The notes under the pieces are model-generated. The model worked only from the letters and a program-made list of their open reading frames with translations, searched no databases and was not told the origin of the DNA. DNA of 32,000 nucleotides from Klebsiella phage KPN4. Below are positions 18,506 to 30,900 of this stretch, piece by piece; position 1 is the stretch's first letter; each line of letters begins with the position of its first letter. The stretch lies in sequence record MN101228.1, one strand, 5' to 3'. A program made the translations under genes and the position numbers.

Positions 18506-19120
18506 ATGAGATTACCAGATCCCTTTACACATCCTCAGTATAACGGCCTTGGGTTTGATAAAGCTACACTGATCGATAATGATCCTATGATCAGAGACGA
18601 GCTACCAAACGGCAAGGTTAACGAAGTTAAAACAGCCACTCAGTACTGGGGTCTTAACATTAGTTATCCTGTGATGTTTCCCGACGAGTATGCTGTACTT
18701 TCGTCAGCAATCTTAGAGTATAAGCGTACCCGAGGCTATCTCGACGTTATACTCCCACACTATGAGTCTTACCGAGTAAGAGGGGATGCGAACAACTGTC
18801 GCATTGCCGCCGGACAAAAAGGCTCCACACTGGTTATTACCAATACAAGCTCCCTATCTGGAGAGCCTAAGCCTGGTGATTTATTCCAGTTAACCACACA
18901 TCCAAAGGTGTATAAAATTACATCTTTTAAAAACGTAGCAGGAGTATGGACACTTAATCTATACCCTGATCTGTTGCTCACTACCAACGGCTCCGAGAGA
19001 CCACGTTTCAATGGGATCCTTTTCCAAACTAAATTAATGAATGGAGATTCATTCAGCGAAGAGATCACAGTTGATGGTGTGTATGATGGGGTTAACCTAG
19101 TTCTGAGAGAAAGTCTATGA
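18506..19120 (+). CDS. Distal tail protein, T5 pb9-like (Dit)
   Basis: 204 aa (same length recalled for T5 pb9); immediately after the tape measure gene; MRLPDPFTHPQYNGLGFDKATLID... Confidence 0.83.
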   Translation: MRLPDPFTHPQYNGLGFDKATLIDNDPMIRDELPNGKVNEVKTATQYWGLNISYPVMFPDEYAVLSSAILEYKRTRGYLDVILPHYESYRVRGDANNCRIAAGQKGSTLVITNTSSLSGEPKPGDLFQLTTHPKVYKITSFKNVAGVWTLNLYPDLLLTTNGSERPRFNGILFQTKLMNGDSFSEEITVDGVYDGVNLVLRESL

Positions 19121-21963
19121 GACAGATCCTTCCTTCTGCGAAAGCCTACCTTGCCAACAATGACAAGATACGATTAGCGTATCTTGTCTCTATCGAACTC
19201 CCGGGGTCCACGGGTAATAATGCTGTTTACGCTTATATGACGGACTACATGAGAGATATCAGCTACGGTGGTATACTCTTCCAATCAGGGAAAATTAAAA
19301 CAATTAGCAGTCACAAACAAAACCGCACGTTAACCGTCGGTAGTTTGAACTTCAGTGTTACTGGTACGGATGCCAATGAAGTCATTAAGCTCGTGCAAAG
19401 TGGTGTATCATTTTTAGATCGCTCTATCTCTATATATCAGGCGATCATCGACGACAATGGGGAAATCCTTCCAGTGGACCCAGATACTAATGGCCCATTA
19501 CTCTTCTTTAGGGGTAAGATTGTAGGCGGTGGTATCAAAGAAACTAATACAGTATCCGGAGTGGGTACTTCTGTTATAACTTGGAACTGTTCTAACGAAT
19601 TCTACGATTTTGAGCGAGTTGCTGGACGCTTTACAGATGACGCCTCTCACCGAGGTCTTGAGATTGTAAACGGTGAATTACTGCCTTCTCATGGTGCCAA
19701 ACGACCGGAATACCAAGAAGACTACGGCTTCTTCCATGCCAACAAAAGTGTTAACTTCCTAGCTAAATATCAAGTAAAAGAAGAACGATACAAGCTGGAA
19801 TCTAAAAAGAAATTATTCGGTCTCTCCAAGAGCTACAGTCTTAAAAAGTATTATGAGACTGTTACTAAAGAAGTAGACCTGGATTTCAACCTTGCAGCCA
19901 AATTTATTCCTGTAGTATACGGTACTCAAAAAGTTCCTGGTATCCCGGTTTTCGCGGATACAGAGAGAAACAATCCAAACGTTGTGTACGTGGTTTACGC
20001 GTTCTGTGAGGGTGAGATTGAAGGGTTCCTCGACTTCCAGTTTGGAGACGCCCCTATGATCTGTACTGATCAAACTGACAGTACCTCTCGTACATGCTTT
20101 GGACAAAAAAGAGTATCCGGAGATACTATGGCAAGAATCTCCACGGGACTTCCATCAACATCTCTCTCCACGCACGGTCAAGAATATAAGTATAATGACG
20201 GTAACGGGGATATACGAATCTGGACATTCCATGGCAAGCCAGACCAAACGGTAGCTACGGTACTAAGGGACATTGCTGCTGCTAACAATTTCTTCCTTCA
20301 AGGGGAGAACGGTAATGGTCCGGAGTACTGGGATTCTAGATACAAGTTATTAGACACCGCATACGCTGTCATACGTTTCACTATCACGGAGAACAGAACT
20401 GATATTCCTGAAGTGTCCGCAGAATTAAGCGGCCGTAAGGTAAAAGTGTACCAGGCAGACGGTTCTGTTAAAATGGACAAAACTAGCCAAAATGGAGTAT
20501 GGCAAACATTTGACTACCTAACCTCCACTACCTTTGGTGCAAGTATCCCGATAGACAGAATGGTGATTGGTGACTGGAGAAAAGAGGCCGATCTATTAAA
20601 CATTATCGACACCTCTTATCAAACTAGTTGGCAACCTTTCTGGAGATACGTTGGATGGGAGAGCTGGACAGCCGAAAACAGACAAATAATGCAAATGAAC
20701 ACAATCCTGGATAACTCCAACTCTGTGTTCAAAAACGTGCAGGAGCTATTAGAATCCTTCCAGGGGGCGTTAAATAACCTATCAGGTATTTTCCGCATCA
20801 CCGTAGAGAAAGATTCAAAAACTCCGCTGGAACTTAATTTCCTAGATACTTATGGGGACCTAGATCTCTCGGATACCACAGGCCGTAATAAGTACAACTC
20901 AGTTCAGGCGTCTCTGATTGATCCTACCTTGAACTGGAAAACCAACTCTATAACGTTCTATAATTCTAAGTTCAAGAATGAAGATCGTGGGGTTGACAAG
21001 AAACTTCAACTTTCTTTTGCTAACATAACCAACTACTACACTGCCAGAAGTTTGGCAGATAGAGAGCTTAAGAAGTCTCGTTACTCTCGCTCTCTGAGTT
21101 TCTCTTTACCTTACAAATTCCTTGGTATAGAACCTAACGATCCTGTAGTATTCACCTACGATCGTTATGGCTGGAATAAGAAGTTCTTCCTAGTAGATGA
21201 GGTGGAGAACACAAGAGATGGTAAGATAAACGTAACTCTTCAGGAGTATGGTGAGGATGTATTTATTAACTCAACGCAGGTGGATAACAGTAGCGAGGCC
21301 GTTCCTGAAATATCCAATAACGTCCTGCCACCAAGAGACTTTAAGTACACCCCTACACCAGGTGGAATGGTAGGTGATGTTGGCAAAAACGGAGAGCTTT
21401 CATGGCTTCCTAGCTTGACACCTAACGTAGTCTATTACTCGATACGTAAATCGGACCGCGTGGATCCTTATATTGTGCAGCAGACTGCTTTCACACCTAA
21501 CGTTAGAATGTTCCAAGATATCGTGGGTGAGCCTGCTGGACTGACTATTTTCGAGATCCGTGCTGTTGATATTAATGGCCGTCGTAGCTCTCCAGTAACA
21601 ATTTCTGTAGATTTGAACTCAGCTAAGAACCTTAGTATGGTGGAAAACTTCCGAGTACTTAACCTTGCCCCTGACCCTGCAGAATGGGTAGGCCCTGACT
21701 TAGAGTTGGGATGGGATAAGCTACAAGAAGAGGGGCTGATTTCAGGGATTTTCTACACGCTTGAAATAAGGGACAACACTAATAAACTGCTTAGATCCGC
21801 GAAGATCACCAGTTTATATAACTACAGCTACCTGTTGGGCTACAATAAGCTCGACTACAAGGCCAACAACTCGAACACTTTGGGGATTTACAGAGCACTT
21901 CAGCCAAGAATTCAGGCGGAGGGACCAAAGGGCGAGAAGTCGGTTGCATGGGCATATATCTAA
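19117..21963 (+). CDS. Baseplate hub protein, T5 pb3-like (Tal/gp27-like)
   Basis: 948 aa (T5 pb3 is of similar length), 4-nt overlap with the Dit gene, Tal-type hub followed by C-terminal fibronectin type III-like regions. Confidence 0.85.
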   Translation: MRQILPSAKAYLANNDKIRLAYLVSIELPGSTGNNAVYAYMTDYMRDISYGGILFQSGKIKTISSHKQNRTLTVGSLNFSVTGTDANEVIKLVQSGVSFLDRSISIYQAIIDDNGEILPVDPDTNGPLLFFRGKIVGGGIKETNTVSGVGTSVITWNCSNEFYDFERVAGRFTDDASHRGLEIVNGELLPSHGAKRPEYQEDYGFFHANKSVNFLAKYQVKEERYKLESKKKLFGLSKSYSLKKYYETVTKEVDLDFNLAAKFIPVVYGTQKVPGIPVFADTERNNPNVVYVVYAFCEGEIEGFLDFQFGDAPMICTDQTDSTSRTCFGQKRVSGDTMARISTGLPSTSLSTHGQEYKYNDGNGDIRIWTFHGKPDQTVATVLRDIAAANNFFLQGENGNGPEYWDSRYKLLDTAYAVIRFTITENRTDIPEVSAELSGRKVKVYQADGSVKMDKTSQNGVWQTFDYLTSTTFGASIPIDRMVIGDWRKEADLLNIIDTSYQTSWQPFWRYVGWESWTAENRQIMQMNTILDNSNSVFKNVQELLESFQGALNNLSGIFRITVEKDSKTPLELNFLDTYGDLDLSDTTGRNKYNSVQASLIDPTLNWKTNSITFYNSKFKNEDRGVDKKLQLSFANITNYYTARSLADRELKKSRYSRSLSFSLPYKFLGIEPNDPVVFTYDRYGWNKKFFLVDEVENTRDGKINVTLQEYGEDVFINSTQVDNSSEAVPEISNNVLPPRDFKYTPTPGGMVGDVGKNGELSWLPSLTPNVVYYSIRKSDRVDPYIVQQTAFTPNVRMFQDIVGEPAGLTIFEIRAVDINGRRSSPVTISVDLNSAKNLSMVENFRVLNLAPDPAEWVGPDLELGWDKLQEEGLISGIFYTLEIRDNTNKLLRSAKITSLYNYSYLLGYNKLDYKANNSNTLGIYRALQPRIQAEGPKGEKSVAWAYI

Positions 21964-24900
21964 ATGATTTCAAACATAGCACCAGCTCAAATGGTATTGC
22001 AGAATATCGTGACCGGTTACACGATTGCGAGTATTCAGCACTCAATCTTTTCCGATTACGATGTAATCGGTAGAACTTTCTGGCTAACTACGGGTGGGGT
22101 AACCACCCGTAGGGACTTTACCGGCGTTGATACATTCATTGCCACAATTAACAATTTAACCGCTGGCGCTACCTACTCTGCTCAGGGTGCTTTCTACGAC
22201 TCAATGGTCGATGCGGAGCTGATGGCTGCTAAAGTAGGTATGAACCTCTCTAGCACCGTTAACTTTAAAATGAAAACTGCTCCGAAGATCACCAAGGTGT
22301 CTTCTTTTGCAGAATCTGTTGACGTTGGTGTTGGTGCTCCTATGGTTGTCGTAGAGCTTTCTGGTGAAGCTGAATACGTTACCATTGAAATGAAACCGGA
22401 AGGTTCTAGTACCTGGACTAAATACTACCGCGGCCCAATCACTGAGCAGATCATCTTTGGGGGTGTTCCGGTTGGCAGATATAATATCCGTGTATCCGGT
22501 GTTGTTACTATGCCAGACGGTGTTACTGTGGACGTTTCTGGGTATGATACCTGGCCGTCACTGTTTAACCTGACGTACAACTTCACTCCTCCGTCTGCCC
22601 CGACGAACCTGCGTTTCAAAACTGCTCACATCCAAGATGGTATGGAGCGTTTTGACGTTCGTCTGGAATGGGATTGGACTCGTGGTACGGGTGCTAACGT
22701 TCGTGAATTTATCATCCAGTATATTAGTAACGATGAGTTTGCAAAAACTGGATGGACTAAGGCTAATAAGCTAAACGTGGGTGCAGCTAAAGCTGGTACT
22801 ATCACTAGCTTCCCTTATAAGATCCGCCACCGCTTCCGTGTACTATCGGTTGCTTGGGGTCCGGATACTCAGTCTATAACTAACTCTAACGAGGTTACTT
22901 ATATTATAGACGAGAGCACTACTTTCGACAACGCATTCATTAACGAGACCGGTGTAGAAATGACCTACGCAGGTATCAAGGGTAAACTTTGGAACTCTAA
23001 CACTAATCAGTGGGAGCAGACTTTCTTAGTCGATGCTGCTACAGGTGCAGTAGTTCTTGGTATCCTCGATGAAAATGGTAAAGCGCCGATTTCATTCGAC
23101 CCTGTTAATAAGATCGTAAACGTCGATGGTAAAGTTATTACTAAAGACATTAACGCTGCTAACGTAATTCTTACTAACCTGACCGGTAAAGATAACCCGG
23201 CAATCTTCACTCAGGGTAAAAAGTATGGTAATAACGCAGGCGGTGTCTGGATGGGTGTTGACAACACTGATGGTAAGGCTAAGTTCGACCTCGGTAATAA
23301 CACTCAGTATGTACGCTGGGATGGCGACACTCTTCGTATTTCTGGTAACGTTGTAATCGGTACTCCGGGAGGTGATGTAGACCTTGAAACAGGTATGCAA
23401 GGTAAGCAGACTGTATTTGCTTACAAACTTGGGACATCTCTGCCGACTCGTCCGACTGACCAGGTTTATCCACCAGCTGGATGGTCCGCGTTCCCACCTA
23501 ACCGCACCGCCCAGAATCAGAACGTGTACGTTGTGCAGGGTACTCTGGACCCTAAGAAGAATCCTCCCGCTCTAGTAGACGGTACCAACTACTCGGCTGC
23601 ATCCCAATGGTCTGGTGTCCCAGGTACTGGTGGTACTGATGGTTCTAACGGGGATTACACTGTTCAGATTTACCAGATCAGTGCCAATAAGCCCACGAAA
23701 CCTGGAAATATCAATGACCCTAGTGGTTGGAGTCGTACCCCACCGACTGGAACTCCTCTTTGGATGTGTTCTGGTAGATTCAACGGTGATACTAACGCTT
23801 TAACAGTAGAGGGCTGGTCAGATCCGATCCGAGTGGATGGTGAGAAAGGAGCTACAGGTGCAACTGGTGCTACTGGTCCTCAGGGTCCACAAGGCCCGGC
23901 AGGTGGTTCAGTAGAAGTACAGTGGTCTAAGGACGGCACTACTAACTGGCATGCAAACTTTACTACTGGGGATATTTTCATGCGTCAGCGTGTTGGTACC
24001 GGTGGATGGAGTTCAGCAATCCGTGCAGTCGGGGAAGATGGTACTAATGGTACTCCTGGGTCTAAAGGTAACTACATTGGGATGCGTTTCCGTGTGGCGG
24101 CTGAGAAACCTGATACTCCTACAGGGCAGACTCCTGCAGGCTGGGACGATGCTCCGCCTCAAGGCAGTCCTTTATGGATGTCTAAAGCTGAGTTCAACGG
24201 ACAGACTAATGCCCTAGTGGGGACGTGGTCTGAGCCAGTTCGTATCGATGGCGACACGGTTAACCAAAACTTAGTGTCTACCAAGAAATGGCTAGAGTCT
24301 CTAACAGGTACCAATGGGAACGGAGCGTCCATCGTTAAGAATCCTATTGATCTGAGACTAAAAATCATTGCTGGGACTACCAACGATGCATACACCGTGC
24401 CATCAGGCGGCAACGGAACGTACTTTGCACCTGTTACAGCTGGCAAAAAGTATACGTTCTCATTCGAAACAGATACTGCCATAGAGGTTAGGACCCACCT
24501 CTTCTTAATTCAGGCAGGGGCTAACAGCTCTTCTGTATTTGCCACCGCTATCTCTACCACTGCAGGTTTAACTACACTTACCTTCACGGCCCCAACTGGT
24601 GTGGATCGGATCGCTATTCGTTTCTCTGTAAACGCTGCTGGTAAAGAAAACACCATAGGTAAGATAAAGTTAGAAGAAGGTGTGTTCGCGACCGCTTTCA
24701 TCCGTAATGAGTATGACACCATAGGGGACGATGGTGCTACTGGTCCACAAGGTCCTCAAGGTAATCAAGGTCCTCAGGGGGCTCAGGGTAACCAAGGCCC
24801 ACAAGGTGCCAAAGGTGATAATGCTAAAGGATTCAGTATTTCTTCACTTGGTCAGACGTTTACTTATGACGCTGACGGTAAACTGAAATCTGAGGCATCC

Positions 24901-27900
24901 ATCCTGTTCCAGGCGTTTCGACAGAACACTACGGCCAACGTAACGTGGTCTGCCAAAGACGAGAAGGGTGGAAATATTACCCTGACAGGAACCAGTAATA
25001 CTGGTACCACACTAACCGCTGCCAACTTCAAAACGTCGAAGTCTGTGACGGTTACGGCTGTCTGTGATGGTATCACTGACCAGATCACGGTTGTTCGCTT
25101 AGACGATGGTTCTAACGCTCTCGTAGGGGTCCTGACTAACGAGGGTTCAACTATCCTAGCAAACTATGCTGGTTACGTGCAGAATTACAGTACTGGATCC
25201 GGGGACTTCAAAGTGTTTTACGGTGCGCGGGATGTTACTGCCGAATGTACCTTCAGCACGATGGAGAAGTACAATCTTGATGCAGATATCACCTCAGCAG
25301 GTAAATATACTTTAAAAGGTATGCCAGCGGGTACTGATGTTATCAATGGTTGGGTTGATTTACGCGCGGCTCACCCCACGTATGGTGCTGTGGTTCGTAG
25401 AGTAGCAACTACTAAATCTATCCTTGCAAAAGGGTACGATCGCATCATCACTACGTCTTTCGAGAACGGAAACAAGGGATCTTGGTCTAGTGGCAGTATT
25501 CAGGATGTATCTGGAGCCACTATTGTCGCAGCAGGCTTTAGTAAGGCCCTAGTACTCTCCTCTAGAGACTGTACGGAGGAATCTAACTCCTTCCCTGTGG
25601 TAGCAGGGCAGAAGTATAAGCTAGGTATGTGGGTAATGGCCAGTGAGTCTAAGGTCAATATCAGCATGGGAATGCGAATCGTAAGAGCAGGTACTGGAGC
25701 TGTTGCTTGGCAGGGAGTTCTTATAATAGCCCAAGGTACGCAAGTGGCTGGTGGCTGGTCTTACATAGAGAAAGAATTTACCGTTGATAGCGCTAACACG
25801 GGTATAGCAACACCATGGATTCAGATGGGCGGGGCTTCAGGTACCGATTTAGGTAAAGTCTATATTACCGATATCCACATGTTCGCTCTTGAGATGGACG
25901 GTGCTACGGGTGCTACAGGTTCTCAGGGTCCACAGGGTAGCACGGGTGCTACTGGTGCTCAGGGTCCACAAGGGGCTAAAGGGGATAAAGGTGACACCGG
26001 TGCAACTGGTGCTCAAGGTCCTGCGGGTAATTCTGTGAACGTCCAGTGGTCTAAGGATGGGTCTACTAACTGGCACGCTAGCTTCCAAACTGGTGACATT
26101 TTCATGCGTCAGCAGGTTAATGGGGTTTGGGGCGGAGCTATCCGTGCAGTGGGCGAAGATGGTGCTGATGGTACTGACGGTGACTACATTTCGATGAAGT
26201 TTATCGTTCAGGACACTAAACCTGGCACACCTACAGGTAACAATCCAGGTAGTTGGAGTGACGCTCCTCCTGTCGGCAGCCCTCTATGGATGACTAAGGG
26301 TACAATGAATGCAAGCGGTCAGCTGCAGGGTACCTGGTCTAATCCAGTACGTCTAGATGGGACTATCAACCCTAACCTGTTTGCAGTTCGTAAGTGGATG
26401 GCAACGATGACTGGTACGGAATCCGGTACATCGAAAAATGATATTGAGAAGTTAACTCATACCTTGACCCGTACTTCGGGGACTACTAACACGGCTCCGG
26501 GTTGTTACGCTACTCCTTACGTTGGTTCTGGTGCGTTCTCTCATCCGGTAACTCCAGGTAAGCGTTATACCTTAACATATAACATTGACGCGGCAAGCGA
26601 AGTTCAGACTAGGGATATCATCTTCTGGCAAGCTACTCCAGACTCAGCACAATCCACATTCGTGGAGGAGTTGAACACTGGAACATCAATCAAAGTTAAG
26701 CGTACTTTCGTAGTTCCTGCTGGTATGAACTACTTAACTCTACGCCCATCAGCGCTAACTCTTAGTGTAGCTACTACATGGAGCATGATCAAACTGGAAG
26801 AGGGTGGTGAGAAGACAGAGTATCAGGTAGAATACTCTGATAGTATTGGTATAGTAGGTAAATCAGTTCTGGTTCAGTGGTCTAAGGATAGCTCTGCCAG
26901 TAACTGGCATGATAATTTCCAAACTGGTGACTTATTCATGCGTCAGAACGTTGACGGTGTCTGGGGCCCAGCAATTCGTGCAATTGGTGAGAAGGGAGAG
27001 ATTGGGCCCGATGGTAAGAAGGGTAACTACACCAATATCATCTTCCGCATTTCAGAAACTAAGCCTGCTAAACCAACGGGTAACAAACCTACAGACTGGT
27101 TTGATGCGCCGCCAGACGGCTCTCCACTTTGGATGTCAACAGCAACATTTAATGGGGACACTGGAGCTATAATTGGTACCTGGGCCGATCCAGTTCGTAT
27201 CGATGCCTCTGGTGTTGGTGAAAACTTCTGGGCATTCAAGGAATGGATGCGTTCCATAATCGGTATCAATGGAACAGGTTCCTCTATGAGTAAAAACGAG
27301 GAGCAAATGCGCTTCCGTATTACCACTACAGGCTCTACAGATGGATACACTAACCCGTACCAAGGTACTGGTACTCACTTCATTGAAGTACAGCCAAACA
27401 CTAAGTATACAGTATCGTTTGAACTTGAAACGGCTGCCCCTACTAGAATGTTTGTTATGCAGTTTGACAATGGTAATGGGGCGAACTTTGCTAGAACCAA
27501 TAGTGTGATGACCTCTACGGCAGGACGCCAGAGCTTGACTATCACCACCGGTGCTGCCACAACACATATTTCACTACGTTGGTCTGTCAACGCAGCCAAC
27601 TCTACCAACGTGCTGAGCCGCGGTAAAGTTGAGTTGGGAGCGTATGTTACAGCCTACGTTATTCATCCTAGTGATGCTATGGGTAAAGATGGAGTGGATG
27701 GTGCTACAGGTCCACAAGGTCCTCAGGGTAACACTGGTGCTACTGGTTCCCAAGGTCCACAGGGTAACAAAGGAGACACTGGTCCTCAAGGTCCTCAAGG
27801 TCCTCAGGGTCCTAAAGGTAACGCAGGGGAGAACGCTAAAGGATTCACGTTAACGTCGGACTACCAGTCATTCGTATACGATACTGTAGGCGACATTAAA

Positions 27901-30900
27901 TCTGCCACCACTATTCTGTTCAAAGGATTAAAACAGAATACCACTGCAGGGATCACGTGGAGTGCTGTGAACGATAAGGGTACTGCTGTAACCTTGATGA
28001 ATTCTGGAGATAACCGCCAACTAACGGCTGCAAACTTCGGTGCTTCTAAGTGGGTTACTGTAACTGCAACATGTGACGGGCTGTCGGACCAGATCACTGT
28101 AGTTAGATTACAAGATGGTGAGAACGTGCTGACCGCAGTTCTAACGAACGAAGCAGCTACTATTCTCAGTAACTACTCCGGGTACTGCCAGAGCTACGAA
28201 AACGCCAAAGGTCAGATGAGAGTTTGGTACGGAAGCACCGATGTTACTGGTCAGTGCACTTTCTCTGAAGGCGGAAGAAGCAACGTAACTCCTAGCATTA
28301 ACTCTGCAAACGGGAACTACTCCATTGCTAGTATGCTTGAGGGAACAGATATTACTGAAGGCTGGGTGGACATTAAGGCTACTCATCCTAAATACGGTGC
28401 GATTACTAAGCGCTTTGCAGTAACTAAAGTGTTCCTAGCCAAAAGTTACGAGATGGTTATCACTAACACCTTCGAGAATGGTAATAAAGGTTCATGGCCT
28501 GGGTCTTTACAGGATGTTTCCGGCCCAACTAACCAGGGTATCTCTAAGGCACTGCGTATCTCGGCCAGGGATAACCTAGAAGGTAGAAATACCATCCCAG
28601 TAGTAGGTGGACAGAAAGTCCGTATCAGATTCTGGTACAATCCAATAGGGTTGGAGGAAGCCCACTTTAGGGTAGGGTTTATCGTCCATCGTAAGGATGG
28701 TAATAGAGGGTATCCTTCAAGAACCGTACTTACGGGGCCATCACCTAACAGTTCTTGGGCTTACTTCGATCAGGAGTTAACTCTAGGCTCTGCTGATGAG
28801 GGAATTGCCTGGCCGTGGTTCCAGTTAGACAATAAAACAACTGGAGCTTCACTAGGCTATATGCTTGTTGCCAATGTCCACTTTGAAGACCTAACTATGG
28901 ACGGTGCAGATGGTGCCACGGGTCCGCAGGGACCACAAGGAGGTAAGGGAGACACTGGTGCAACTGGTCCACAGGGTAACAAAGGAGACACTGGTCCTCA
29001 AGGTCCTCAAGGTCCTGCCGGAGCTTCAGTTGGTGTTCAGTGGTCTAAGACTGGTAATGCTAATGATTGGCACACAAATTATACTACTGGCGACATTTAT
29101 ATGCGTCAGCAAGTTAACGGTGTGTGGTCTTCGGCAATCCGTGCAGTTGGTGAGGATGGTCAGGTTGGTCCTGATGGTAAGTATACTTCCCTGAAGTTCC
29201 AAGTAGCTGCAACCAAACCTGGTAGGCCTACAGGTAATGCTCCAGCAAACTGGTCAGACGCTCCTCCTTCTGGCTCTCCACTATGGATGGTTAAGGGTGA
29301 GTTCAACTCAAGCAACCAACTTCAAGGAACCTGGTCCGACCCCGTTCGCTTAGACGGAGAGACGGTTAACCTCAACCTATTCTCGAGCAAGGCATGGATT
29401 GCATCTATAACAGGAGCTAGTGGAAGTGGATCTGTCGTAGCTAAAAACCCGGATGAGCTACGACTACGAATTACTGCAGGTTCTGGTGCCAACGACGCAT
29501 ATACCATACCTAGCAGCGGTGATGGTACTTTCTTCACTAAAGTTACTGCTGGCAAACGCTACACTATGTCATTTGACACAGATAGCGCACTGGAAATGAG
29601 AATGCACGTATTCTTTATCCAGGCAGGAGCCAATACCACCACTACTGCGTTCTCGTGGATAGCCTCTACGACCGCAGGTAAGACGAGTTGGTCCTTCACT
29701 GTCCCTGCCGGATGTGATAGGGTCTCAGTACGTGTGTCGTTGAATAATAACCCTGGGGGAACTAACGTTGTTTCCAATATCAAGCTAGAAGAGGGAGACT
29801 TCGCTACAGCGTTCATCAGGAACGAGCTTGATACTATTGGTGCTGATGGTTCTCAAGGTCCTCAAGGTCCTCAGGGTAGTAAAGGAGACAAAGGAGACAC
29901 AGGGGCTACTGGTCCACAAGGTCCACAGGGTCCGAACGGTGCTAACGCAAAAGCCTTCGCCTTAACATCCGATAGTCTGTCATTTAGCTTCGATACTAGT
30001 GGTAACCTGAAATCTAATGGTACTATCAAGATTGACAGCTGGAGACAGAATACCACTGCTGCAATAACCTGGACTGCCAAGAACCAGGCAGGGAGTAATA
30101 TAACTTTAGGTGGCACTGCTACTAACAAGACTATAACTTCTGCCCAGTTCGGAAGCTCAGAGTACGTGATAGTGACTGCAACGTGTGATGGGATCTCTGA
30201 TTCTATTACAATAGTTAGACTGCAAGATGGGGTAAACTCCCTAGTTGGATATTTAACTAACGAGGCGGCAAATTTATCATGTAACTCTTATGGTTTCGTG
30301 CAGAATTGGGATGGTACCACTGGTAACTTCAAAGTGTTCTACGGTACAGTAGACGTCACTAGTCAGTGTACTTTCGGGGTGGAGGATAAGAGTAACCTTA
30401 ACGGCAACATAGGCTCAAGTGGCTACTACGCTCCTAGTGCTATGCCAAATGGTATGGAGATTACCTCTGGGTGGGTGGACTATAAGGCTACGCATCCTAA
30501 GTATGGAACACTTATTAAGAGGTTTACGCTTAAGAAGAACCTGCCAGGTATTGGTTACGATAGAGTGTTCACGGGTTCCTTTGACTCTGGTAACAATGGA
30601 TCATGGGGGCGGCCGGTAGTAGATATAACTTCAGGGACTCCTGGAGGGCACACCAAGGCTATTCAGTGCACCTCTAGAGATACTATGGAAGCCAACAACT
30701 GGTTCCCTACTCGCAAAGGGATGCGCTACCGTGTAACTGCATGGGTGAACAACTCTGAGGGTGAATACGAGCTACGCCTTGGATTACACTGTCAGAATGC
30801 GAGCGGTAGCACTAACACTGCATGGCCAGCTCAGCCTGTTGCTTCGGCCAAAGACCCTGGGGGTTGGAAACTAGTTTCCACTATCGTCACGGTAACGGAC

